Below, in pieces: positions 18,932 to 27,189 of a stretch of DNA of 45,642 nt. This DNA is from an uncultured Candidatus Rokubacteria bacterium (GTDB lineage: Bacteria > Methylomirabilota > Methylomirabilia > Rokubacteriales > CSP1-6). Positions within the stretch are counted from its first letter, which is position 1. Each line of letters opens with the position of its first letter. The stretch lies in NCBI GenBank assembly GCA_963762145.1, contig CAVXJS010000002.1, forward strand, positions 1 through 45,642, read 5' to 3'. Below the pieces are notes generated by a model. The model was not told where the DNA came from and made no database searches. It worked only from the letters and a program-made list of their open reading frames with translations. The position numbers were made by a program, and so were the translations under genes.

Positions 18932-20020
18932 CAGCGTCCCCTCGCGACGAGCAGACGGACGATCCGTCCGGCCGCCTTTCCGTCCCAGAGCTCGGGCAGC
19001 TCACCCACCGGCCACTTCCCGGTGGAAAGCGTGCGCCAGGACTCGAAGATCGTATCGGGGTCCGTACCCACGATCCGATTGGTGCCCCGGGTCACGGTGA
19101 TCGGCCGCTCGGTATTGTTCCGAAGGGTCAGGCACGGAATCCCCAGCGCGGTCGTCTCCTCCTGCACCCCCCCGGAATCGGTGAGCACACACCTGGCCTC
19201 GTCCATGACCCGGAGGAAGTCGAGGTAGGGCAGGGGGTCTGCCAGGTGCAGACCCGGCATCGGAGGCAGCACGCTCGCGAGTGCCTCGAGCCGGCGCCGG
19301 GTCCGGGGATGGACGGGGAACACGATCGGGATCTCCGCCTGGATGCGCGCCACGGCCTGCAGCAGCAGACCCAGGGTGCCCTCGTCATCGACGTTGCTGG
19401 GTCGGTGCAGCGTCAACACCGCATAGCCGCCGGGAATGAGATCGAGCCGGCGGAGCACGTCCGACTCTCGCGCCTTCTCCCGGTAGCGGAACAGCGTGTC
19501 GATCATCACGTTCCCGACGAAGTGAACCTTGTCCGGATGGAGACCTTCGCGGGCCAGGTTCTCGTTGGCCACGGGCTCGGTGGTGAAGAGCAGATCCGAG
19601 ACCGAGTCGGTGAGAATGCGGTTCACCTCCTCCGGCATGCTCCGGTCGAAGCTGCGCAAGCCCGCCTCCACGTGCGCGAGGGGATAGACCCAGCTTGACC
19701 GTGGTGAGGGCCGCCGCCACCGTCGAGGTCACGTCCCCAACCACGACCACCACGTCCGGCCGGGCTGAGACCAGGACCGGCTCCAGCCTCGTCATGATGT
19801 CGGCCATCTGGGTCACCGCACCCCCGCCCGAAACCTTGAGATTCACGTCCGGCCTCGGAATCTCGAGGTTGGCGAAGAAGGCATCCGACATCTGCGCGTC
19901 GTAGTGCTGCCCGGTGTGAACGAGAGTTGTGGAGACGTACGGATACTCGGCCAGCTCGGCCAGGATCGGCGCCACCTTGACGAAATTCGGACGAGCCCCC
20001 GCGATCACCACGACCCTCAT
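18931..20020 (-). CDS. wecB: UDP-N-acetylglucosamine 2-epimerase (non-hydrolysing); frameshift near 19685
   Basis: GARPNFVK, HTGQHYD, VVGDVTST, EAGLRSFDRSMPEEVNR, VGNVMID, TLHRPSNVD, FPVHPRT, TDSGGVQEE, TERP, WDGKAA. Confidence 0.93.
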
Positions 20021-20877
20021 CGCGCACCTCCCGCCAGCAGCAGACCGGTCCCGGTCAGTACGTCCCGCACCGGACCGAAGCGAAAGTCCCTCAGCAGCCG
20101 TCGCAGCTTCGACTCCGCTCCGCGCGTGTTCACCGAGTGCCGGAACTGCGTCAGCCGCCCCACCGGCATCCGGGGCTGGCCGGTATCGAGCTCCCACGGA
20201 TGCAGGTACACCATCCCGGGCTGCCGTTCGGTCTCGTTCAGGTAACGCAGGGCGCGGCGCGTGAGCGCATACGGAAGCAGGCGGAAGTACCCCCCGCCGG
20301 CCACCGGCACCCGCCACCGGCCCGCCGCGACGGTCGACAGCGGGAACTCCCCGATCGCCGACCCGTCTCCGACCACACGCTGGTGCGGAAAGCGCGGCGC
20401 GTCGGGGATGCCGTAGCGGTCGTGGACGATGGGGAAAATGCTCGAGTCGTAGCGGAAGCCGGCCTCGGCGAGAACATCGAGGCTCCAAAGCGTCTCCCGC
20501 ACCACCGAGAACGTCGGCGCCCGGTATCCGATTACCGCGGACCCCGCCGCGTCCTCGACCACACCCTTGCCCCTCCGGATGTCCTCAACGAATTCGGCCC
20601 GGCTGAGCCGCGTGATCATCTGGTGGCCGTAGCCGTGGGATGCCACCTCGTGCCCGCCCCTCCCGATCGCGCGTACCAGCGACGGATACCGATCCGCCAC
20701 CCAGCCCAGGACGAAAAACGTCGCGGTGACCCTGGCCTCGTCGAGAAGCGCGAGGATCCGCTCCGTCGCGCCAACTACCCGAGACTCGAGGGTGGACCAG
20801 TCACGGGGATCCACCACCCCCGCAAAGGCCTCTGCGTGGAAATACTCCTCAACGTCGAAAGTCAACGCGTTGATCAT
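20017..20877 (-). CDS. Polysaccharide deacetylase, XrtA system-associated (TIGR03006/DUF3473-like)
   Basis: MINALTFDVEEYF, ATFFVLGWVA, HEVASHGYGH, GYRAPTFS, YDSSIFP, GGGYFRLLPY, YLHPWELD. Confidence 0.92.
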   Translation of the reverse strand: MINALTFDVEEYFHAEAFAGVVDPRDWSTLESRVVGATERILALLDEARVTATFFVLGWVADRYPSLVRAIGRGGHEVASHGYGHQMITRLSRAEFVEDIRRGKGVVEDAAGSAVIGYRAPTFSVVRETLWSLDVLAEAGFRYDSSIFPIVHDRYGIPDAPRFPHQRVVGDGSAIGEFPLSTVAAGRWRVPVAGGGYFRLLPYALTRRALRYLNETERQPGMVYLHPWELDTGQPRMPVGRLTQFRHSVNTRGAESKLRRLLRDFRFGPVRDVLTGTGLLLAGGAR

Positions 20878-20885
20878 CAGGACGG

Positions 20886-21890
20886 TTACTCGTCGAGTCC
20901 CGCGGGGGCGAAAGCCCGTTCCGGCTGTTCTTCCTCGGTCATGGACCGAATGACGCGAGCCAAGCCCGCGATCAGGGATACACGCGGAGTGAAGTCGAGC
21001 AGCTCGCTCGCGACACTCATCCGCGCGCACATCTGATTCGGCTGCGCGTCCGGGTGCCGCGGCAACGGGACGGGGACCGACGTCTTCAGCAGATTGGCGA
21101 CGATGTGCTGCACATCCTCGACGGACATCATCTGACCCGACCCCACGTTGATCACGCGCCCGGCCGCCCGGGGTGCCCGCGCCGCGGCGAGGATCGCGGC
21201 GACCGCGTCGTTGACATAGATGAAGTCATGCCCGCTCCGCTCATCGCTCTCCGTGAAGGGACGACGCTGGCGAAGGGCGTCGATGACACCCGGCACCACG
21301 GTGGCGGGGGGCGAGGGCCTCTGGCGGGGTCCGTACACATTGAAGAGCCGAAGCGCCACCGTATCCAGCTGGTGACGAGCGTAGAAGGCACGGCAGTACG
21401 TTTCCGCCGCGACCTTCGAGGCCGCGAACAGGGTATTGGGTGCAAGACCCGCGTCCTCACCCACCGGGAGGGCACCTGGAGTCCCGTAAACCGACGAACA
21501 CGACCCGAGTACTACCCGCCACACCCCCTCGGTCAGGGAGCCGTGGAGCAGATTGAGGGTCCCTTCGACGTTGACGGCGTGGATATCACCGGGATCGGTG
21601 ACGGACACCGCGGACGCAGGCAGGGCGGCCAGGTGGAAGACGTACTTGACACCCCGGAGCGCCTTGCGCAGCACCTCGCGGTCCCGCACGTCTCCGATGA
21701 TCACCTCGAGCCGGCTCCCGGTCAGCCCGCCGAGACCCCGGGGCTGATAGTCGGCCGCGGCCTGCAGGTTGCCGAGCGAGCCGGTAGAAAGATTGTCGAG
21801 GACGCGGACCGAGGTCCCGCTCTCGAGCAACTGATCGACGAGGTGAGAGCCGATGAAGCCGGCTCCTCCAGTAACGAGAACCGTGCGCAT
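20886..21890 (-). CDS. NAD-dependent epimerase/dehydratase-like protein (extended SDR) with catalytic Tyr replaced by Phe
   Basis: MRTVLVTGGAGFIGSH, DNLSTG, FHLAA, NVEGTLN, SSVYG, FAASK (expected YxxxK), FNVYGPRQ. ATG at 21890 follows AGGAG. Confidence 0.85.
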   Translation of the reverse strand: MRTVLVTGGAGFIGSHLVDQLLESGTSVRVLDNLSTGSLGNLQAAADYQPRGLGGLTGSRLEVIIGDVRDREVLRKALRGVKYVFHLAALPASAVSVTDPGDIHAVNVEGTLNLLHGSLTEGVWRVVLGSCSSVYGTPGALPVGEDAGLAPNTLFAASKVAAETYCRAFYARHQLDTVALRLFNVYGPRQRPSPPATVVPGVIDALRQRRPFTESDERSGHDFIYVNDAVAAILAAARAPRAAGRVINVGSGQMMSVEDVQHIVANLLKTSVPVPLPRHPDAQPNQMCARMSVASELLDFTPRVSLIAGLARVIRSMTEEEQPERAFAPAGLDE

Positions 21891-21898
21891 GAGGACTC

Positions 21899-23209
21899 CT
21901 AGAGCGTCACGATGGACGATCCGGCCCGGCGGTGTGCTTTCAGCGCATTCCGTGTGTCCACCACCAGCGTCGCGCGATCGGCGATGGTGGCATAGTCGAA
22001 GCTCGTATGATTCGTGAGGATCAGCACGCAGTCGGCCTCCGCGATGGCCTCCGGACTCAGCTCGACCGCGGAGAGTTTTGCCGACCCGAGCGTCAGCTGG
22101 GGCGTGAACGGGTCGGCGTACGATACGTGCGCCCCCTTGCGCTCCAGCATTTCCAGAATCTCCAGCGCGGGGGACTCCCGGATGTCGTTCACATCCGGCT
22201 TGTAGGTGACCCCCAGGACCAGGACCGACGAGCCGCGGAGCGCCCGGCCATGATCGTTCAGCGCATCTCCCACCAGGGCCACCACGTGCTCCGGCATCGC
22301 GCGATTGATCTGATCCGCGAGCGCGATGAACTGCGCCTCGTACCCGGTGAGACGCACCTTCCACGACAGGTACAGGGGGTCGACCGGGATGCAGTGGCCG
22401 CCGATGCCCGGCCCCGGATAGAACGGCATGAAGCCGAATGGCTTCGTCGCCGCCGCGTCGATGACCTCCCACGGGTCGACACCGATCTTGCGGCAGGCGA
22501 ACGCCAGCTCGTTGGCGAGCGCGATGTTGACGCTCCGGAACGTGTTCTCGAGCAGCTTGGCCGTCTCCGCCACCCGCGGGCTCGACACCTCGAACACGCT
22601 GGACGTCACCTGGCGATAGAGGGCCGCGGCGAGCCGGGTGCAGGCCGGGGTCACCCCACCCACCACTTTCGGGATGTTGGCGGTCGTGAACCGCTTGTTG
22701 CCGGGGTCGACTCGCTCAGGAGAGAAGGCGAGGAAGCAGTCGTGGCCGATCACCAGGCCGTTGGCTTCCAGGCGCGGTTGAATTACCTCCTCGGTCGTGC
22801 CCGGGTAGGTCGTGCTCTCGAGCACGAGCAGCTGGCCGGGCCGAAGGTGGGGGAGAAGACTCTCCACCGCCGACAGGATGTAGGAGATGTCCGGCTCCTT
22901 GCTCTTGCGGAGGGGCGTCGGCACGCAGATGATCAAGGCGTCCGACTGCGCGGCCTCCTCGAATCTGGTCGAGGCGGTGAGCCGGCCGGCTGCTACGATC
23001 GGGGCGAGATTCTCGGTCGCCACGTCCACGAGGTACGACTCCCCGCGATTCAGAAGATTTACCCGCTCCAGGTCCAGATCAACACCCCGGACGACGAAGC
23101 CCGACTTGGCGAGCTCCATCGCGAGGCTCAGCCCTACGTATCCGAGTCCGATGACGCTCACGCTCGCGGTGCGAGCTTCCAGCTTGTCCTGCAAGGTTTT
23201 TGTCCACAC
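21899..23209 (-). CDS. UDP-N-acetylhexosamine 6-dehydrogenase (WbpA/WecC/TviB family)
   Basis: GLGYVG, ICVPTP, ESTTYPGTT, FSPERVDPG, KLLENTFRSVNIA, GIGGHCIPVDP (catalytic Cys), YKPDVNDIRESP. Confidence 0.95.
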   Translation of the reverse strand: MWTKTLQDKLEARTASVSVIGLGYVGLSLAMELAKSGFVVRGVDLDLERVNLLNRGESYLVDVATENLAPIVAAGRLTASTRFEEAAQSDALIICVPTPLRKSKEPDISYILSAVESLLPHLRPGQLLVLESTTYPGTTEEVIQPRLEANGLVIGHDCFLAFSPERVDPGNKRFTTANIPKVVGGVTPACTRLAAALYRQVTSSVFEVSSPRVAETAKLLENTFRSVNIALANELAFACRKIGVDPWEVIDAAATKPFGFMPFYPGPGIGGHCIPVDPLYLSWKVRLTGYEAQFIALADQINRAMPEHVVALVGDALNDHGRALRGSSVLVLGVTYKPDVNDIRESPALEILEMLERKGAHVSYADPFTPQLTLGSAKLSAVELSPEAIAEADCVLILTNHTSFDYATIADRATLVVDTRNALKAHRRAGSSIVTL

Positions 23210-23238
23210 GTCCGTGATCGCTCCCTGTCTGGTTTGGG

Positions 23239-25452
23239 TTAAGCGCTGTAGTAGGCGCCGTACTGTTTGTAGTAGGAGTTCAAGTGCTTCACGGGCGTCC
23301 GGTTGAGGACGATCCCGATGATCGGCGTCCCCGCGCGTTCCAGGATCGCCTTCGTGCGCAGCAGATCACGAGGCCGGGTCTGGCCTACCGCCACCACGAT
23401 CACGATCCCGTCCGCGGCCGCCGCCATGTACAGATTGTCCGGTATCAGGAGGATCGGCGACGAGTCCATGATCACGTAGTCGGCTTCGTTGGACATGTCA
23501 TCGAGGATCTTGGGCAGCCGGGCGGTTCCCAGACCAGTCCGGGCCGGTGCGGTCAGAGCGCCACCGCGGGAGGCGAGCTGGACATTGTCGGTGATGGCGG
23601 TCATGGTATCCGTCAGCTTGCTCGTGCCGGCCAGCAGATCGGTGAAGCCCTTCCGGGCCGATGTGTTCGTGATCCGATGCAGGGTGGGGCGGTGGAAGTC
23701 GGCGTCGGCGATGATGACCCGCTTTCCCATCTCGCCCAGGGCGAGGCCGAGGTTGAAGACCACGGTAGACTTGCCCTCGAAGGGCAGGGCGCTCGTGATG
23801 AGAATCCGCCGGAGCGAAGTCTCGTCTCCCATCATCTGGAGCTCGACGCGGAGCCGTCGAAACGCGTCAACAAAGAGGTGGTAATCCTCCTGCGGTCCCT
23901 GCTGCTCTTTCGCCGAGCCGAACACCATGTCCTTCGCCTCGACCTGGGGCACCGCCGCCAGCACTGACAGCCCGGTGAGGTTCTTGACGTCCGCCTCGCC
24001 CATGATCGGGCGATTGAAGTACTCCGCGGTCGCCGGTGCCCCGAGCCCGATGATCAGCGCGAGGGCCAGCGCCAGCCCCATGAACTGCATCCGACGCTGG
24101 TTCGGAGCGGTGGACGGGAACCCCGGTGGGTCGATGACCTTGACCACGTTCATCTCGCCCTGTTCCCGGATCCGAGCGGCTCCCAGCTTGTCGGACAGCA
24201 GGGTGGTGAGCTTCCGGTTCGTCTCGACCTCGGACGCGAGCCGCCGGTACTCCAGCTCATCCTTCGACAGACCAGACAGATCACGGCGAACCGCGGCGAC
24301 CTGATCCTTGATGGCGCCTTCCTGCGCCGAGAGCGAAGCGACCGACGTCTCCAAGGCCACCACCATCTCCGCGAAGGCATCCCGGTCGTCCGCTGGAATC
24401 GGCCCGCCCGGTGAGCCGGCGACGGTCGAGTCCTTCACCGCGTCTCCCAGCTCCCGCTGGACTTCTGCGATCTGCGTGCTGAGCAAGCGCACCCGAGGGT
24501 GATCCTCACCGTAGCGACTGCGCGCCTCGACCAGCTGCGCTTCGAGGCTCGACAGCTTCGACCTGAGGCGCGGAGCGTTGGCCGGATTGACCGTCGGGGC
24601 CACCGCGGCTATCGACTTCGTTGGCGTCTGGCGGGCCGGCATCGACTCGAGCTTCGTCTTCAAGGCCCCGAGACGCGTCTGGCTGATGTTCCGGTTGGTC
24701 TGGACCTCGGCGAGGGTGGTTTCGAGCTGAGACAGTCGCTGGGCGGTCTCGGTGCTCTTGGCCGGGATCTGAACCCCGCCTCTCGCCATGGTGAATGACC
24801 GCAGGGCCGTCTCGCTCCGGATGAGCGCGTCGGAGACCTGGGTGGTCTGCTGGGACAGGTACTCGCGGGTGCTCTTCGCATCGTCGACATTGAAGGACCG
24901 CGTCCGGGCGAGCAGAACCTCGATATACGTGTTGGCGATGTCGAGCGCGATCTGGGGTTGAGAGGCTTCGGCCTGGATCTCCACGATTCCGGAGCTACCG
25001 ACCTGGCTCACGAACTTGACGCGGTCACGCCGAAGCTCGGCCACCGCGCGGCGCTGCGGGCTCGAGGCCGCCGGCTCCTTGCCGCGCAGACGGCCGACCC
25101 AGTCCATGAGATCACCGATGTAGTCACGCCCGTAGGGGTTGTGCATGAGGTCATCGACGGCACCCTTGGGCAGCGCCTCGACCACCGAAGCGGCGAGAAG
25201 CCGGCTCTGAAGAATCGCCAGCTGCACCGACAACGGCCGCGAGGGGGAGAACTCCTGAAAGACCGGAGCGCGATCTGACTTGGTCTCGATCAGGATGGTA
25301 GCCGTGGTCCGGTAGCGAGGCGGCTCCTTGGACAGGACGTAGGCGGCGGGTCCCAGGAGGACCAGCGCGGCCAGAGTCGTCAGCACGACCCACTTCTTAC
25401 GTCGCGCGAAGAGCGAGATCGCTACCTGTTTGATGACCGTCTTAGTGTCCAT
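23239..25452 (-). CDS. wzc: Polysaccharide co-polymerase / BY tyrosine kinase (Wzc/GumC-CapB fusion)
   Basis: Two TM segments flanking a coiled-coil region with YGEDHPRV; Walker A ALPFEGKST, A' DADFHRP, B IMDSSP; C-terminal Tyr cluster YYKQYGAYY. Confidence 0.92.
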   Translation of the reverse strand: MDTKTVIKQVAISLFARRKKWVVLTTLAALVLLGPAAYVLSKEPPRYRTTATILIETKSDRAPVFQEFSPSRPLSVQLAILQSRLLAASVVEALPKGAVDDLMHNPYGRDYIGDLMDWVGRLRGKEPAASSPQRRAVAELRRDRVKFVSQVGSSGIVEIQAEASQPQIALDIANTYIEVLLARTRSFNVDDAKSTREYLSQQTTQVSDALIRSETALRSFTMARGGVQIPAKSTETAQRLSQLETTLAEVQTNRNISQTRLGALKTKLESMPARQTPTKSIAAVAPTVNPANAPRLRSKLSSLEAQLVEARSRYGEDHPRVRLLSTQIAEVQRELGDAVKDSTVAGSPGGPIPADDRDAFAEMVVALETSVASLSAQEGAIKDQVAAVRRDLSGLSKDELEYRRLASEVETNRKLTTLLSDKLGAARIREQGEMNVVKVIDPPGFPSTAPNQRRMQFMGLALALALIIGLGAPATAEYFNRPIMGEADVKNLTGLSVLAAVPQVEAKDMVFGSAKEQQGPQEDYHLFVDAFRRLRVELQMMGDETSLRRILITSALPFEGKSTVVFNLGLALGEMGKRVIIADADFHRPTLHRITNTSARKGFTDLLAGTSKLTDTMTAITDNVQLASRGGALTAPARTGLGTARLPKILDDMSNEADYVIMDSSPILLIPDNLYMAAAADGIVIVVAVGQTRPRDLLRTKAILERAGTPIIGIVLNRTPVKHLNSYYKQYGAYYSA

Positions 25453-25497
25453 CAGCTCCGTGTCTCCTTGGCGCTAGTGCGCATACAACATTGGTCT

Positions 25498-26868
25498 CTA
25501 CCGTCCCCTGGCGAAGAGGACGACCTGGATCGTGTTCAGCACGATCAGCAGATCGAGGAAGAGCGAAAGGTTCTTGATGTAGTAGAGGTCGTACTGGAGC
25601 TTCTCGACGGCGTCTTCGACCGAAGAGCCGTATTCGTACTTCACCTGAGCCCAGCCCGTGATGCCCGGCTTCACCGCGAGGCGCTCCATGTAGTACGGGA
25701 TCTGTTTCTGGAGCTCCGCCACGAATTCCGGACGCTCCGGACGCGGGCCGATGAAGCTCATGTGCCCCACGAGCACGTTGAACAGCTGGGGCAGCTCATC
25801 GAGCCTCGTGCGACGGAGGAAGCTCCCGACCCGGGTGATACGACTGTCACGCTGAACCGCCCACACCGGTCCGGTGTCCTTTTCCGCGTCCTGCCGCATC
25901 GAGCGGAACTTGTTGAGAATGAAGACGCAGCCATTCTGGCCGAGTCGAGGCTGTCGGTAGAAGATCGGGCCCGGCGACTCGAGCCTGACCGCGATTGCGG
26001 CCAGAACCATCAAGGGCAGGGAGAGGACGAGTCCGACCAGGGCGGCCGTGATATCGAACAGCCGCTTGATGATCTCGGTGCGGGGGGTCTTGACGAAGCC
26101 GTCGGAGAAGATGAGCCAGCTGGGCCGGACCGCGGCCACCAAGATCTTGCCGGTGGCCTTCTCGTAGAAGGTGGGCCAATCCTCGACCCGGATGCCGCGC
26201 AGACGGCACTCGAGCAGCGTCTGGGTGGGAAAGTTCCCTCGGCGGTCGACCTGGGCGACCACCACGATATCCGGCCGTGTCTCCTCCACCAGCGAATCGA
26301 GATCCTGGATCTTCCCGAGAAGCAGATGTCCGCTCGGTACCATGTCGGCAGCGTCGGGCGCGTCGTCGAGGAAGCCGATGATGCGAAAGGGCCGCGCGCT
26401 GGTGGGTTCCAGGTCTCCGATCAGCCGGCCCACATGGCCCGTCCCGAGAACGAGGACGCCCACGGTCATCTGCTGGCGCGACCAGGCTCCGAGGAGGCTG
26501 GCCCGCCAGGCCAGGAGCCCGGGTGTGGTGACGAGAAAGATCCCGAGGAACGCGTAGCGCCCGATCTTGAGTACGGGGACCGCGAACCCGGTCGCCGCGA
26601 GTATGAGGGCCGCGATGCCCTGGCAAACGAGGAGCCGAGCCACCAGATCCCTGCTCCCCAGAACCTGACGCGGCTGGTAGAGGTCACCCAGGTAGAGCAC
26701 AAAGGTGATCGCGATACCGACCTCGAGGAAGCGCGCCGTGAATGGACCATACCCGGCCCAGGGAGCAGAGAGCTCGGCGAGGTAGAACGCTCCGAAGACG
26801 ACGGCGAGGTCCCCGAGGAAGAGAACGCACGCCAGTCCTGATATGTAGTGTCGGAAGATTCGAAACAT
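25498..26868 (-). CDS. Priming undecaprenyl-phosphate sugar phosphotransferase (TIGR03013-like; WcaJ/WbaP family)
   Basis: MFRIFRHY start; N-terminal TMs; KRLFD, SPGPIFYRQ, KFRSM, DSRITRVG, RLDELPQL, GPRPERP, KPGITGWAQV, DLYY. The track start at 26895 lies inside the sigma54 promoter. Confidence 0.94.
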   Translation of the reverse strand: MFRIFRHYISGLACVLFLGDLAVVFGAFYLAELSAPWAGYGPFTARFLEVGIAITFVLYLGDLYQPRQVLGSRDLVARLLVCQGIAALILAATGFAVPVLKIGRYAFLGIFLVTTPGLLAWRASLLGAWSRQQMTVGVLVLGTGHVGRLIGDLEPTSARPFRIIGFLDDAPDAADMVPSGHLLLGKIQDLDSLVEETRPDIVVVAQVDRRGNFPTQTLLECRLRGIRVEDWPTFYEKATGKILVAAVRPSWLIFSDGFVKTPRTEIIKRLFDITAALVGLVLSLPLMVLAAIAVRLESPGPIFYRQPRLGQNGCVFILNKFRSMRQDAEKDTGPVWAVQRDSRITRVGSFLRRTRLDELPQLFNVLVGHMSFIGPRPERPEFVAELQKQIPYYMERLAVKPGITGWAQVKYEYGSSVEDAVEKLQYDLYYIKNLSLFLDLLIVLNTIQVVLFARGR

Positions 26869-26890
26869 GTCTGGTTCCGACCACACTAGG

Positions 26891-26906
26891 AGCAAGCGCA
26901 GTGCCA
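26891..26906 (-). promoter_or_regulatory. Sigma54 -24/-12 promoter P2 of the main EPS operon
   Basis: Minus strand TGGCACTGCGCTTGCT matches TGGCAC-N5-TTGCW, 22 nt upstream of the ATG at 26868. Confidence 0.9.
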
Positions 26907-26929
26907 GCTGTGGCGCGAGCGAGACACGC

Positions 26930-26942
26930 CAAGTATTCGATT
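26930..26942 (-). promoter_or_regulatory. Putative IHF site upstream of P2
   Basis: Minus strand AATCGAATACTTG, one mismatch to WATCAANNNNTTR, 23 nt from the -24 element (same spacing as at P3). Confidence 0.6.
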
Positions 26943-26985
26943 CAATGTGCTTTATGTCATACGCTTACCAAGTACTCGTGTTCTT

Positions 26986-27023
26986 TGATTGGGCAAACAT
27001 GTTCCGTCTTCTCGGATTTCTGC
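26986..27023 (-). promoter_or_regulatory. Putative enhancer (UAS) shared with P3
   Basis: GCAGAAATCCGAGAAGACGGAACATGTTTGCCCAATCA; 24/38 ungapped identity with 40010-40047; 79 nt from the -24 element. Confidence 0.65.
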
Positions 27024-27153
27024 GTGGCCGGGTGAGTCTGACTCCGCGATCTGGATAATTCTTATTTGAAACGAGGGTTTACAACGATATTTCTGGACGC
27101 AACCTTTGCGCGGGTTTCTTCGATCTTCCGGATGTTTCAGCCGGGGAGTGCGT

Positions 27154-27189
27154 GGCGAGAAGCGACTAGGTGACGAGAAACGGCTAGAA
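27154..27189 (+). repeat. Imperfect 18-bp tandem direct repeat
   Basis: GGCGAGAAGCGACTAGGT / GACGAGAAACGGCTAGAA (13/18 identical), straddling the beta-barrel stop codon. Confidence 0.5.

Noticed and set aside
6337-26841. Long antisense ORFs (for example 6337-7617, 9687-11204, 12800-14401, 21932-23242, 25468-26841)
   Set aside because: They mirror well-supported genes on the opposite strand and carry no recognisable motifs; such shadow ORFs are expected at high GC3.
26869-26895. ORF-track N-terminal extensions (TTG 26895; also 40104 for rfbF and 33462 for bEBP1)
   Set aside because: They overlap sigma54 promoters or the divergent gene; family-typical N-termini begin at 26868, 40215 and 33291.
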